DNA of 63,937 nucleotides, the filler included, from Guillardia theta CCMP2712 (lineage: Eukaryota; Protista; Cryptophyta), in assembly GCF_000315625.1 (NCBI RefSeq). It is 5 parts of 5 records of this genome, joined end to end, with 100 filler letters (N's around TTAATTAATTAA, not from the genome) between each part and the next. Parts side by side here need not be neighbours in the genome. Positions count along the whole stretch, not along the records: positions 1 to 20,538 come from NW_005434609.1; 4 more parts are not named here. One strand, 5' to 3'. Below are positions 1-13,679 of this stretch, piece by piece. Numbering within the stretch: position 1 is the first letter of the stretch; each line of letters opens with the position of its first letter. Position numbers and translations under genes: made by a program. Under the pieces are notes generated by a model. The model did no database searches and was not told where the DNA came from. It worked only from the letters and a program-made list of their open reading frames with translations.

Positions 1-636
1 CTATAGAAAAGATCGGTCACGTTGCATGCCTGCCAACCATGATGCCCAAGTTTTCTTGCAGCGTTCTTTGGGTTCCAAGACCATTGAAGATGTCTTCCAC
101 TGCTGCTTCAGCTCTTTCGATCACACTGTGAGATTTGCCTCCCTTAGACTGCCTGTGAGGCGAGTGACTGTGGCCATGGAGCTCAAAACTATGTTTGTGA
201 TCTCTCTGATCCTTGGATTCACTTCGTCTTTGGAAGGAGATAAAACAATCCTTTCCACTATCAGATGCAACTGTGCACCCGTTGTAGATGTTGACAACCC
301 AGTCATCCGCGTTGGGATGGCTACAAGAGCAAGATAGAGCCTTCAAAAAATCATGTCATTCATCAACGACAGTGAAGGGTGTGATGTTTTTCGATACAGG
401 TGTTTCCAATCACAACCCAGTCTCCACAAACAATGGCACTCACGCACTCACTCACGCACGCACGCACGCACGCACGCACGCACGAATGGAGGGGGGAGGG
501 AGGCCTCAAGTTGGAGTTGAAGGGTGCATGTGAAAGAAAAGGAAGGGAATGGGGAAAGGGGAAGGGACGGGTAGGGATAGAAAGGGACAGTTGGAGCAGG
601 ATAGTTCAAGCAGAACAGTTTGGTTCTAACTGCACC

Positions 637-1074
637 TGAAATGATGGTTTGCTTCGTCTCGTCGTCATACCCGACGCGGAATGTGGGATCCTCGCGGGTG
701 AAACGATTGAGCGCCTGAAGAGAAATCAACCAGAGCAAGGCTCGAGAGGGATGAGATAGTGAGTGAGTGAGTTAGCGAGCGAGCGAGCGAGCGAGCAAGG
801 AGGAGGAGAGTGAAGGAGGAGGAGAGTGGGAGCAGGAGGAGCAGGAGGAGCAGGACTGTCTGGGGGGGTCGTGGATGTCCAGACACCTTGGAGAACTTGT
901 CAAGCTGCGTCTTCTGCTTGGGTTGGATCGAGAGCGACATCACAGCATCCGGCACGTGCATGGAAGTCATGGAGGCCTTGATGGAGCCGTCGGTGAATGA
1001 GTCGCCGGTGGCGCACTCGATGCCAAAGAGAGCGACGATCTCTCCTGCACGAACATGGTCACTTCCATGCTGCT

Positions 1075-1128
<54 letters not shown>

Positions 1129-4100
1129 GGTGGTGGTGGTGATGATGATGCAGATGCAGATGCAGATGCAGATGCAGATGCAGATGCAGATGCAGATGCT
1201 GTTTCTGCTTATCCTCCATGTTCACATGTCTTCTACTCTCTCCCACTTATCGGTCTAGCTCGCACTCACCAGCCTTGGCCGTGTCGATATCCTCCATCTC
1301 GTTGGAGTGCATTCGCACAATACTGTGGAGACATGAGAGGAGGATGGAGAGCATCTCAAAGGAGGAAGGGGCTGGAAAGCAAGGAGAGCGCGGGAGATAT
1401 CGGCGGAAGGAGGGAGAGGGGAGGGGGGGAAGGAGGACGAGCAGGAGGAGGAGCAGGAGGAGCAGGACCTACCGTGGAACCTTAATCTTCTTGTTGGCAT
1501 TCACATGCAAAATATTGTCTCCCTTAGAGAAGGTTCCTGGCAAGTAAGTGAGGAGCAAGTGAAGCAGGACAACAGTAGAATTGAGAAACATGACATATTG
1601 AAAGTGAGGAAAGTTGGCAAGGAGCAAACGAGTAGTGAAGAGGAGCGAAGAGGAGAAGGAAACAATGATGGTGGTGGTGCAGGTGGTGGGGGAAGAGGAG
1701 GACCATGAAGAAGTTGCAGTACCCTGATAAATCCTCAAGTAGGTCAGCTGGCCAAAGGGACTCTCTTGCAGCTTGAAGGCTAAGGCAAGAAGGGGCTCCT
1801 TGCTAGAGATCTTGACCTTTAAAACCAAACATCATGACTTGGAGGGAGGAAAGGAGGAGGTGAGAGAAAGCAAAGGGGAAGGTGAATGAAAAGGATGAGG
1901 GGGAGAAGAGAACGGGAAAAACAAAAGGAAAAGAAATGCGCAGAGGAATTGATGATGGAAAGGAGGAGCAGAGTGAAGTGAGAGGAGAGGATGAGAGGGG
2001 AGGAGGTCTAGAAGTCAAGACATTAAAGGATGGAGGGTAGAAAAGGTCAAGAGACAATAGAGGGAGGGAAGGAGTGCAGTAAGGCGGCACAGAAAGGCGG
2101 GGGTACTCAGAGAGAGGCAGAGATGAACGGCAGAAGGAAGGGGGGGGGGGGGCAGGGGGAACGAGGACAGAAAGCCAGACCTCGAAAGGTTCTTCTCCCT
2201 TAGAGATATCAAGCGCCGTGTTCTTCACCTGCGCATCTGCTTCAGCCCGCCCACTCTCAGGTCTGACTGTTGATCTCCATCTTTACCTCTGTGGGATTGG
2301 GAAGGTATTGGAGGACCCCATCGAGCAAGAGCTGGACTCCCTTGTTCTTGAACGCAGTTCCCATCATCACTGATTTGTGAGTCAGTCGTAGTAAAAACAA
2401 GGTGAGGAGTTATGACTAAAAGAAAGACAGGGCAAGGCAAGGCAAGGCAAGGCACTCTGTGTGACCTGGCACAAACTGCAGGCTGAGAGTCGCTCGTCTG
2501 ATCGCAGTTTTAAGTTCCTGTTGGCATGTCAGCCCCACCGGAGGGTCTCAGATCAGCTCAGACTCGCTAACCTCTATCGTCGGCTCCTCGTCTACGAGGA
2601 ATTTCTCGGAGAGAGCTTCGTCGACATTGGCAACGTTTTCAATCAGCTGTTGTGGGAAAAGATGAGCGACTAGAAGGGAGAGTAGAGAGAGGAGAGAGCG
2701 AGGGAGAAGGTGGTTGGGGGGTGATGATGAAAGTACAGGAGAGGGGATGAGGCGAGCGGACAAGAGAACGAGGAACGAAGAACAGAGTAGAGGGGGAGGG
2801 AGGGGGGGTCAACGAGGAGAGATGGCAGGAAGTAGGGAGAGATGGAGGCACCTCTTGTCTCTTCTCTTTACACTGCTGCATCACACTTGCGGGGATATCG
2901 AACCACTCAACCTTCTCTCCAAAATCCCCGACAAATCTGGCTGCCTTCATCTCAACAAGGTCGACGATGCCCTGCACCAGTTCAGATGACAGAGAGTGAG
3001 GGAGGAACCCAGCTCTACCTCGATCTTGTCTTCCAGCCCAATGGGGACTTGAAGAGCAGCGGCGTTGAGATTCAGCTTGTCTCGGATCTGCAACCTACAT
3101 CACGATCGTCTTCTAGCAGCCTCCTTTGGCTTCCTCCTCCCTGGCCCCTCCTGCTCCTCCTGCTCTACTAACCCTCCTCCTCTACCACCTGCTTGATCAC
3201 AGACCATGGGTTGGACCCTGCTCGGTCAAGTTTGTTGATGAACGCAATCCTGGGAACTCCATAGCGCTTCATCTGCCTGCAGAAGACAATTTGCTGTAAG
3301 AAAAATGAAGAGGGGAACGGGTGATAATGGCGAAGCGGGGATGAAAGAAGGGATGGAGGGAAGAAGTGAGAGATAGAAGGAGGAAAGTGGAAGAGGCGTC
3401 GAGGAGAGTGGGGAGTGACGAAATTGTTGAAACAGAGAAGAAGGAAGGGAGCGTGTGCCTGTCGACAGTGTTCGTTTGGCTCTGAACTCCTCCAACAGCA
3501 CCTAAGAATGAGGTAGTGAGAAACAGAGCGAGAGGGATAGGGGCAGGGGGATAGAGAGGGAGGGAGGGAGAGGAGGGAGATAGGAGGATCTTGGGAGGGG
3601 ATCGAACTTACAGAGGACGAGAACTGCTCCATCCAAAACTCTGAGAGCTCTTTCAACCTAAATAAATCAATAAGAACAAAAGGGAGGACGAGGTTGGGAC
3701 AGTTCAGGGGCACGGAGATAGAGAGCACGAGCAAAGAAAAATGCGGAAAGAAGCACGATCGAAGAGAAAGGGCGGAGGGGAGAGGAACGGAACGATGGAT
3801 TGAGTCGATTTGATGTGGACCAATCATGTCGCCCACCTCGATGGTGAAGTCAACGTGTCCCGGGGTGTCGATGATGTTGATCTCGTGATCTTTCCATCGA
3901 CAGAAGGTCGCTGCCTGTCCACCTGGTCACCTCCAAGGGCCCGCGGCACCCTGTCGTACCGATTGGATCGTGATGCCTTTCTCTCGCTCCAGGTCCATGC
4001 TGTCCATCTTCGCACCCACCCCATCCTTCCCGCGAACCTGAGACAGCAGCACAGCTCAGCTTCAGCATGGCACCACTCCCGCTCGCCATGGGACCTCGTG

Positions 4101-4453
4101 GATTGCTGAGATTCGTCCAGTATAGAACAAGATTCGCTCTGTCAGAGTCGTCTTGCCGGAATCAATGTGTGCGGAGATCCCGATGTTCCTCATGGTCTGC
4201 AGGCAAGTCAGGCTGTCGACAAGAGGATCCGTCCTGCTCTTACACTCAGATATTCTTCAGAAAAGTGAACCTTGTTCGCATGGAAATTTCTTGAGGGGAA
4301 TGTCTGCACGAATCTTCAAGAGGAGAACGACAGAACAGGGCTCGGAGAAACCTTCAAGGGGGCCGAGCTTACTTTCTGCTGCAGCAAACAACAAGATGAC
4401 ATATCCATGCGAGCTATGCGCGTGAGATTCCTGCTAGCTGACCTCCACATCAT
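637..4453 (-). CDS. GFM1: Mitochondrial elongation factor G (EF-G1), multi-exon; 3' part not found in window
   Basis: Spliced minus-strand exons read [16 protein letters not shown] (presequence-like), [27 protein letters not shown] (G1), [16 protein letters not shown] (G2), [12 protein letters not shown] (G3), [15 protein letters not shown] (G4), [62 protein letters not shown] introns. Confidence 0.95.
1068..1199. repeat. Compound microsatellite (TGC)n/(GAT)n/(GCAGAT)n in an EF-G intron
   Basis: Directly visible. It generates the spurious poly-M/H/D ORFs. Confidence 0.95.
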
Positions 4454-5947
4454 CGTATCCGACGATGGCACGCTGAGACTGACAAACAACAAATCAATTC
4501 AGTCTTTGTTCGAGTATTGTAATGTTGCGCGTGCAAGCAGGATCAAGACGTAATCAACGACAGCATCTCTTCAATGTTTTCTGATATCAGTCTCTCCCTC
4601 CAGCAGCGTTTGGCTGGCTCAGCCTTTTCATCCCATACTAGCTGTCCTCCTTACCTCCCTCCCGATCTACAACGATGGTCCAGATTCCAACTCGTCCACA
4701 GTCTGCACATTATCCCCTCTCCACCGCCCTCCTCCTCCTTCCCCAGTGCTCTGTCTCGCTCCTCCCCATCCTCCTGNNNNNNNNNNNNNNNNNNNNNNNN
4801 NNNNNNNNNNNNNNNNNNNNNNNNNNNNNNNNNNNNNNNNNNNNNNNNNNNNNNNNNNNNNNNNNNNNNNNNNNNNTTTTCCCCGGGGTTTTTTTTGGTC
4901 TCTTCCCTTCTCTTCGGGCCTTCCCGCCCTTCCCCCCCCCCCCCCCCCCTTGCCCGACAAGTTCCTCGGAACTCCTGCCATGCTCCCTTTCTTTTTTCAT
5001 CGTTTTCACTCAATATTGGTAATCCTTATTAACTAAAGATAAATGGTACACATTGAGAATTAATAATATTTGACTGAATAATTTTCTCATAGTTTTGTGT
5101 ATATTTATTATAAATCTCGTTACATCCGTTCACCCCTCCAGTAGTATGTTTTAGTTATTGCCTTTGGGCTTTACACGTGTCCCTCCTGGTATTTTTTTTT
5201 ATCTCCTCCTTCCCCCAGTTTTTAAAAGTATTCTTTACCGCCCGCCCACCCGTTTTTCATTACCCCCTCCAAACCCATGAAAGGACCCACCCCGTTCCAA
5301 AGGAGTGGTCGTGGTCCGCCCAATCGACCGTCCTACCCCCGTCTATGGGTCGCGCCATGCACGCAAGCAGTTGTACAAGCTACACCGTATTATCCAACTC
5401 CTCCTCCTCCTCTTCTTCCTCATCCCCTGTCTTCGAATATCGATCTCAACGCCTTTGCTGCTGTTTCAACTGCTCCTCTCCATTCTCAGCGTGAGGTCCC
5501 TGGGTCTTATCTCATTAACCTGCGAGCACCAACCAGCACGTGCTGTAGCCCGTGACAAAAGAGGGTCATTCGAACGTGCGCTCTCTTGTGGTCTTGTACT
5601 GTAAGCTTCAAACTGTCGATATATCTTCCTTTATGCTGTGTCGTTGGATCTTGAAATAGCTTGAACGCAATCAAGATACATTGCTTCAATTTGTACTTTC
5701 AAGGGGCAATAGTGCGGCTGGTTGCTTTTGTCTGCCAAGTTTGCCGTGTTTGAATCGTTTGTATCATCGACGCAACAAGCAAGTCCGACTTGGATTCTTT
5801 TCCATAAGACATAAAGGTCATCGGACGAGGTCTGTGAAACTTTAGAAATCTGTAATCAATTTTGTACATTCGACTGTATTGTTTTGTTATCTACATTGGT
5901 GAAACCTCTTGTCCACGTTCACCGAAATTGAAATTATAGTTAAAATC

Positions 5948-6707
5948 ATGTCAAATACTGGAGATATTGCGGAAGGGATGTCTTTCGTGGATTTCATTGC
6001 CATGAGCAACAAGGATGCTGAATCTCAGGAGGCCCTGTTTGACGTCATTGTCAACGTGTTAGAAAAGGAAGTGGCATTCAATGATGAGAAGCTGGTGATG
6101 CTTGTTTGCTTGAATGTTTTCGAGATTACCCGCTGACTTTGATGGTCATGGCAGAACGGTAAGCCATCCAAGGTCACAGTCTTCCATGGTCATAGGCCAC
6201 CCAACATCTCAGTGAAGGCCTATCTCGAGCGCATCAAGACGTTTGGTGGATGCAGCACATGCTGTTTTGTCCTTGGTCTTCTCTACTTAGAGCGTCTTGC
6301 AAGCTCTGATGCTACCTACCTGCTGAACTCATACAACATGCATCGTTTGGTCCTCACTGCTGTCATGGTAGCCACCAAGTTCGTCGACGATTTCTACTTC
6401 TCCAACAGCTACTGGTCGAAGGTGATGCATGAGACTTGGCTTCTTGTTCAAGGTAATTCCATGACGTTGTACTATTCAGGTCGGTGGCATTCAGAATGAT
6501 GAACTGAATGGGCTCGAACTGGAGTTTCTCTTCCTTAGTGGCTTCAGTTTGCACGTCAGACGGTGCGAGTACGATGAAGCTGTCCTTCAGCTGCAGCAAA
6601 GATGCCATGGAGACGACTCGCAGAGTGTCGAAGAGAAATTTGACATGATGAGGATCAATGCAGACGTCACGGTTTCTACCGCAAAGCCTATCGCAGCTCT
6701 GTCTTGA
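5948..6707 (+). CDS. PHO80/U-type (P-type) cyclin, 3 exons
   Basis: VTVFHGHRPPNISVKAYLERIKTFGGCSTCCFVLGLLYLERL, NMHRLVLTAVMVATKFVDDFYFSNSYWSK|VGGIQNDELNGLELEFLF. Introns at about 6095-6154 and 6422-6479, stop TGA 6705-6707. Confidence 0.93.
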
Positions 6708-7377
6708 GGGTATGGAACACAATTCCCGCTGAAGCGCTGAGCGTTTGGAAGTCTGATTCAAGTTGCTATGGACCTTCGTTGTTCAATGCTATGCCAAGCA
6801 TCATTCGATTCATGCGCCGATTAGATTTGCTCAAGCATCCAGCCCTCTGCCGCGTCAATGAGTCATCAGTGGCGGTGATAGCCTCGGATCAGTGTAGCCG
6901 TACGGTAGTAGTGTGACCATCATACAGTGGCCTAGGCCGGGAACTTCGAACTCTGCACTGTCGCGACCTTTCGAGTCGCCGGGTAGTGGGCCTGGGCGGT
7001 TTAATCTAGGCACTCCTGGCCGCAGTATCACTGAATCTGCTCGCTCATAAAAGTTGCTTGAACTTGCCACTCAAGAGCCCGGATTCAATTCTGAGTAGCC
7101 TGATCTCAAGGTTCAGTCTCGGAGGGCACAATGACAGTGTGACCTGCGGGCAGAGCCTCCTCCGGCCGCCGCCTGAGGCTCAGCCGACTCCTCGGACATC
7201 CGTGACGGTACCGTCACGGGCGGCCCGGCGAGTACCCGGCCGTACGGTCACTCGGCGGCTGCGCGCATCACGATCATGAACGGTGTGAGCCTCACTTCAA
7301 GTCAGTACACAAGCCTGGCAGTCGGCTCGAGCTGCCGGACCCAGATGATGAGTTCCACTGCAGCGACGTCCCTTCCT

Positions 7378-8029
7378 TCACGAGCTGCTCAACCACCTGC
7401 AACTGAGCGTTGACTTCACCTTTGGGAGCGGCAACCCCGAAGCTCTGCTGTCTTCCTGGACCTCCTGCTTCACGCTAGTCTCAAGCTTGTCCTCGCTCTC
7501 TTCGAATATGCACTCTTCGTAGACTGCGGGCAAACATGCCTTCTGAAGTAGTGCAGACGAGGAGAGATGGAGTGCACCTAGCCTAGTAGCAAGCAACTCA
7601 TATTCTTCACAAACCATCACATCGCTCACCATGGTCTTCGTCCTTGCGGGCTTCTGAGTTCCCTTCCCGCATGCTGATCGACGAGACCTTCCAGCCCTCG
7701 AGCTCGATGGCGTCCAACCAGTGCACGTGCAGGATGTTCCACAGGTCCAACAAGTCTAAGCGTGGAGAGTGGGAGAGGTTGAATCGTCTGGACAACACAA
7801 ACGTGAGCCACTCACATTGCGATCACTGATCTTACAAGATGCTGACAACAATCGGCGACTGAATCTGCTTCCTCTCGATCTCGATGTCCTTCTCCAGGAA
7901 TCGCTTCAGACACTGTGTCGTCGTGGAGGAAAGGAGGTCGAGGGTTCGAGCATCCACAGGCCCGAAGAAGAGCAGCTCGAGGAGGGAAGGAGGCGAACGA
8001 AGCAGCACTCTCAGCGCTGCATGCGGCAT
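7378..8029 (-). CDS. Hypothetical protein (probably 3 exons)
   Basis: Three consecutive minus-strand ORF segments joined by plausible short GT-AG introns. No recognisable motif. Confidence 0.4.
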
Positions 8030-8664
8030 GACGTCTACTCTACACCGCGAGCTCCTTGCTCCCGCACTGCATGGCGTGAAGATGCGTATGAGGTGTATCG
8101 TGAAACATCACGCCATTTCTACGAGTCTAGATTGAAAGGGGTAGGGGTATTCTTTCACAGCCACTACCGGTGCGATTTCCAGCGAGGGGATGGGGCAAGT
8201 GAAGACGAGGGGTAGGAGGGAGTGACGGGGGAGGTGACATAAATCTTGAGACGACGAGCAGTAGGAGCAAGGGTGCAGGAAGATCCTGAGTGTCCACAGA
8301 GGACAGCACTGCCATGATTGACCTCGTCACAGTCCCAGAGCTCCCGGTCGCCGGATTGCAGGTGCAAGTTTCCGCTGCTGCTCTTGGGCTGAGAGCGGCC
8401 AGCGGTACAGGCACGAGTTGGAGAGGAGACGAGGAGGAGTGGCAGCTGGGATAAGGAAGGGAGGAAGGATGAGGCAGGGAGGATGAGCTTCATCATCATC
8501 ACAACCACCACCACCGTCGTCGTCATCTTCCCCTCCTCCTCCATCATATCGATCTCGCTCTCTGTTAACTTCATCACTCTTTTCATCATCACCTTCATCA
8601 GCAGCTTCTCCATCATCGCCTTCGCCTCCCTCTTGTCTCCATGCCCCAACAGTTGCTCTGGCAG

Positions 8665-8911
8665 GCGTGCGAGGTGGTGGGAGCGGGGAAGATCTTGTTA
8701 AACTGCATCGACCAGGATGGGCAGGTGAGAAGCCTTCTGCTGTTCTTGACTCTCCTCTCCATCTCCTCCGCTTCTTTCTGCCTCTCGCTCTTGCCTCACC
8801 TGTCTCCATCATCACCATCACCATCACCATCACCACCACCACTACAACCACCACCGCCACAACCACCACGCTGCTGGCATCTTGCATAGGAGAGAAGTCG
8901 GCATCAACGAG
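8665..8911 (+). pseudogene. Orphan exons of imidazole-glycerol-phosphate synthase (HisF cyclase domain of HisHF/His7)
   Basis: Exon 8665-8724 (cag|...|gtgag) encodes ACEVVGAGKILLNCIDQDGQ, matching the family motif ACExLGAGEILLNCIDxDG. Mini-exon at about 8891-8911 encodes REVGINE, resembling the C-terminal FHRxEVxI segment. The rest of the gene is absent. Confidence 0.7.
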
Positions 8912-8923
8912 GTCCTGTCTTCC

Positions 8924-9044
8924 CCCAGCATGCTGACGAACAAGACAGGTCAGGGCTGTCCCAGCATGCCGGCTGCTGACGAACAAGACAGGTCAAGGCT
9001 GTCCCAGCATGCCGGCTGCTGACGAACAAGACAGGTCAGGGCTG
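8924..9044. repeat. 43-bp tandem repeat, about 2.8 copies
   Basis: GTCCCAGCATGCCGGCTGCTGACGAACAAGACAGGTCARGGCT at 8958-9000 and 9001-9043, plus a shorter upstream copy. Confidence 0.9.
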
Positions 9045-9507
9045 CTGTCTCCTCGGGGGGGGATCCCGGGCCGAACATGATGGAGTGAGAGGGATCACAC
9101 TATCATCCTTGGATACAGCAGAACAAGGTTTTGCGTGTTTCTTACTGATCTTATTGAACCAAAAAGAAAAGGGAGGAGGGAAAAGAGGGAGGGAGGGAGG
9201 GAGGGCGGAGAAATATAGGTACAGATGTAACTATACACGATAGGCGTACAGTCATCATTATGAGGTTCCCGTGACTCCTCAACGACCTTGGTTCCTCCTT
9301 GCATTACCGCTCATCCATGGTGTTTCAGGAGGAAACAGGCTCGAGCTTGGAAGCAGCCAATGTCAGCTCTTCCTCAACGCAGCATCCCTGCACAGTGCTC
9401 ATGTAGAAAGGCGGTGAAAGTGTTACTTCGATAGGACATGGTCTAGGAACGGTGCTACTAGTGCTTTACAGGGGTATGAGGGATCGAACAATTTCGAGTC
9501 CCATCTC

Positions 9508-12500
9508 CTAGACTTGCTCCTGCATGTTGGCAAGAAGGTCCAAGCGGTCGCTGCTGCCTTGAAGCCCTTTGGCACCTGCCCAAGTGTGAGGGAGAGCTGA
9601 GTGAGGAGGAGGACGACGAGGACGAGGCGAGCGAGCCCAGGAGGGGAAAGGTGAGCAAAGTGGGAAATGGGCGAGAGAAGAGGGAGGGAGATGGAGAAGG
9701 GGTGGAGAAGGGGATGAGGGAGAGAAGAGGGAGGGAAATGGAGATGGGGTGGAGAAGGGGATGAGGGAGGGAAGAGGGAGGAGCTCACAGTCCTCCTCGC
9801 TGATGGAGTGTCTTGCAATCCTATCCTGCGCTGCTCGAGCTGTTGCGTTCCAGTCCTTGCGGAGGAGAACGAATCCAACACCCAGTACCTATTCAAATGA
9901 GCAGCTACAAGGCAGGGAAGTAGAAGGAGAGGAGAGGTAGCAGGAGACGAAGCAGGAGAGGGGAAGGGACTTGGAGGAGCGAGAGAGGGAGCAGGAGACG
10001 AAGCACGGAAGGGAGCAGTAGAGACCAAGCATGAGATGGAAAGTGAAGGGGAAAGGGAAGAGAAGCAGAGATGAAACAAGAGACCTGCGTGGCTGAGCCG
10101 AACGCAAGGCCGATCCACATGCCATGCAACCCCAAGCCCTCCTTGAAGGTGAGGAGGATACCCTAGTAAAAGGTGAGCAGGGAATGGGTGGGGAGTAGGG
10201 AAATACCGCAGGCAGGGCGATGACGTAGTATGAAAGGATGTTGAAGAGAAAGCCAATATGCTGTTTACCGCACCTGCTCCATCTCACGAAGACGAAGAGA
10301 AGGTGGTGGAGGAGGAATGTGGTTGGTGGAGGAGGAGGAGAATGTGGTTGGGGGTGCAGGAGGAGGAGGAATGTGGTTGGAGGAGGAGGAGGAGGAGGAA
10401 TGTGGTTGGAGGAGGAGGAGGAGGAGGAGGAATGTGGTTGGTGGTGCAGGAGGAGAATGTGGTTGGTGGTGCAGGAGGAGGAGGAATGTGGTTGGAGGAG
10501 GAGGAGGAGGAGGAATGTGGTTGGAGGAGGAGGAGGAGGAGGAATGTGGTTGGTGGTGGAGGAGTAGGAATGTGGTTGGAGGAGGAGGAGGAGGAATGTG
10601 GTTGGTGGAGAAGTCAACAGGGGAATGAACAAGAAGGACAAAAGGTCAACAGACCCTCTGAGAATGCCACCAAGAACGCCACAGAGCGAGTCAAGAATGA
10701 GAAAGGAGGCCTTGAGAAAGCACGAGTTAGCACGAGTTATAGAGGAGGGGGAGTAAGGGGACCAGGAGGGGAGAGAATGAAGCGGTACCTGGATGGGAAT
10801 GACCGACGCGATTAGTTGCCAAACTTCTTCATCACACGAGAAACTCTTCGCCTGGCGCATGAGTTGAGCTGGAGCAAATCAAGGGAAGAGGTCTGACCCA
10901 CTGCTCGCGGAAAACGAAGAGGACGACGCTGAGCAGGCCGGAGATCAGGCAGCAGATGGCTACGGTGACAAGGCTGGAGACTGGAAGAAGGGTCATGCAC
11001 TCTCGTGAGGAGATTGGAGAGTGAGCAGTTGAGGGAGGGGGAATAAGCATACGCTTTGCCAGAGCGGCGTCGTGAGCTCCTGCATGCTCATCAGTCCCTT
11101 CCCTCCTATTGCTCCTGCTCCTCCTGCTCCTCCTATACATACCCAATGCGTTCCCCACACGTGCACTGACAGCAGCTGAAAGTCCAAGAGAAACCTGAGA
11201 CAGCAGAAGGCTCAGCTAGAAGATTACTCAGTGAAAGTAGCGTGGAATGAAGTACAATGGGAGGAGGGGAAGAATAGGACGAGAGGAGGAGAAGAGAAAG
11301 ACAAGATCATAGGGGAAAGAGAACAACACGCAGGATTGAAGGATAAGGAGGGGATTGGAGACTGAACCATGAAGGAGAGCTCGGTCGTGTTGAACATGAT
11401 GGTCTGAGCTGCGATCACCGTCGTACCGAGTTGAGCAGCACCCAGGGTGACGATCTCGAAGCACCACCACTCCAAGCAGATCATCCCCACTGCAGGGGCA
11501 AAGTGAGATTCGCGGAGAGAACGAAATGAGATGACAAGGCAGAGATGTCGAAGAGAGAAGGAGAAGGGAGCAGAGGCGAGGGGAGCAAGGGAGAATGGAT
11601 GTGTTGTGGAAGAACGCGAGCAGGGATCATGGAGGAAAGGAAGAGCGAGAAGCAAAGAAGGGAAGGAGGAGAGAAGTAGGAGGAGAGAAAGATAACAAGG
11701 AGCAAAGAAGGGAAGGAGCAGAGAAGTACAAGGAGAGCAGTAGAAGTACAAGGAGAGAAAGATAACAAGGAGCGAGACCTCCTGACAGAGCGAGCTTGAG
11801 AAATTCATCAAGGTGCAAGAGGCACTCGCGATCCCACCCATGCCATGTCGGTTTGTGAAGGCCGTGCACCTTGCAAGCAGCGAGGACGATGAGGAGGGAG
11901 ACGTAGTAGGCAAGGGAGAGAGAGAGCGCTGCCGATGCCACTCCTAGCCCCAGAACGTCCTTTGTCACCAGCAGCCAGCACCCCACCAGGTGAACGACGT
12001 TAGCGGCGAGGGAAGCGTACACGAAGGGCTTCATGATCCCTTGCGCTTGGAGGTACTTCCGAAGAGCCTCGAGGACGCCCATGGAAGGCAGCCCGATGAG
12101 CATAAAGCGGCAGAACCTTCCTGCTAGACGCGCCACCTCCCACTCCACTCCCAAGAGCTGAAGAATATCGGGAGCGGACCACCACAAGAAGGCGATAGGG
12201 ATGGAGGCAGCGGCAAGGACCAACATGGCTCGCTGAAGGGCGAGAGAAACTTGACGAGGCTGCTGGGCTCCATGGAAATGAGCAGCGAGAGTCTCAAGCG
12301 CGGAGGACAGCCCCATCAGCAGCGAGGTTCCTGTAACATTGACGTACATGGACCCTAGTCCCAATCCCGCCAGCGCTGCCGGTCCCTTTTCCCTTGCTGC
12401 TAAGAAGATGGTGAAGCTGAGGCCCATCTGAAGGGCGAGAGACCCGATTACAGGAGCTCCAAGCTTCACAACCTCCGCCCCCTCCATCACCAAAGCCTCG

Positions 12501-12607
12501 CTCCCTGGCTGTCGACATTGACTGCACTCAGTGAAAGCATTCGCATGTTCTTTACGCGACTTGAGCTCGCGCTCGTCGCTTACGCTCTCCTGGTCCTCTT
12601 CGTGCAT
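9508..12607 (-). CDS. MATE family (multidrug and toxic compound extrusion) transporter, multi-exon
   Basis: LAGLGLGSMYVNVTGTSLLMGLSSALETLAAHFHGA, LRKYLQAQGI, MICLEWWCFEIVTLGAAQLG, VSLGLSAAVSARVGNALG, GLHGMWIGLAFG. Inferred stop TAG 9510-9508. Confidence 0.93.
10300..10610. repeat. Intronic minisatellite (GGA)n-ATGTGGTTGG, about 12 units
   Basis: GGAATGTGGTTGG recurs, separated by variable GGA runs. Confidence 0.9.
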
Positions 12608-13679
12608 GTCGGATGTCTCGCCCAACAGTCGGATTCTGTTGTAGTAAACCCGGAGGTAACTTTGCCGGGGGGGGTCTGATCGGCACAGGGGTAGTTGGTT
12701 AGAGACGAAAGAGGGGTACTTTGACTAGGAAAAGGGTGGGTAGGTACTGGGGTCTTAGGGATGGGCTACCCTACTAGTCATTTCACCTCAACGTGCGGCT
12801 GGTATCGTACCCAGTGAGCCCTGGCTCGGGGGCATGTCAGGATCGGACCGGGTGCTCGTGACTAGCTGATAACTAGTCACATGCCAGCACTGATCACGGG
12901 ATCCCCCGGGATCATGACTGGCACCGGGCCCGGCCGGCGGCGGCGGCGCGCCGCCGCCCGGCCGGGCGGCCTGGCCCCGCAGGCCGCCAGTGGGTGCCTG
13001 ACGGAGCGGCACAAGTTTGTTAGACTTATACTTTGCCAAAGTCACGCAGATATCACATCGACCTTAGTTGTAACAAGACAGTTTTTGCTCGGCCTCAAGA
13101 CCGAGTTTAATGCACACAATACCAGAATTGACCGAGGAGCACATGAGAGATAGTCACGGAGTCACGCCCGTGTATCATCGCGGCTGGACTCCTGATATGA
13201 AACTCAGCAAGCATCCAGACATGAGAGGACCTCTGCCCCGGGCCCCGGGCCGCCGCGCCGGGCTGATTCGGCCCGGGGGCCGCCCTGACACTCCGGGGGG
13301 ACTCCCAGTCCAGGCCGCCGGGATCGGATCGGCCCCAGCCTCGGAGCTAGCAGTTGGCGGCCGCTGAGGATTAGCCGGAGGCTCACCTAGTAGGTTTGGT
13401 TCTCGCTGTCACGTGTCACTGATTTTCTCTTTTCGGTCTACTAGCCGGAATGTCAGGGTCACTGTCCGATCAAGCCTGCCATCCTCGACCGTGTCTCCTG
13501 ATTGTACGCCGAGGCGCGGCCCGCCGGGGGCCAGGACGTGAAACGCCGACGGACCCCGGTAAACCGTTTCGGAAAGTTCAACGTATGAGGCCCGCCCGGC
13601 CGGGCCGGGCACGGTAGTATGATGATTGCGGCGGCTCAGTGAGGGCCCCGAGTCCTCTCAGTTCATCATGCTAATAACC

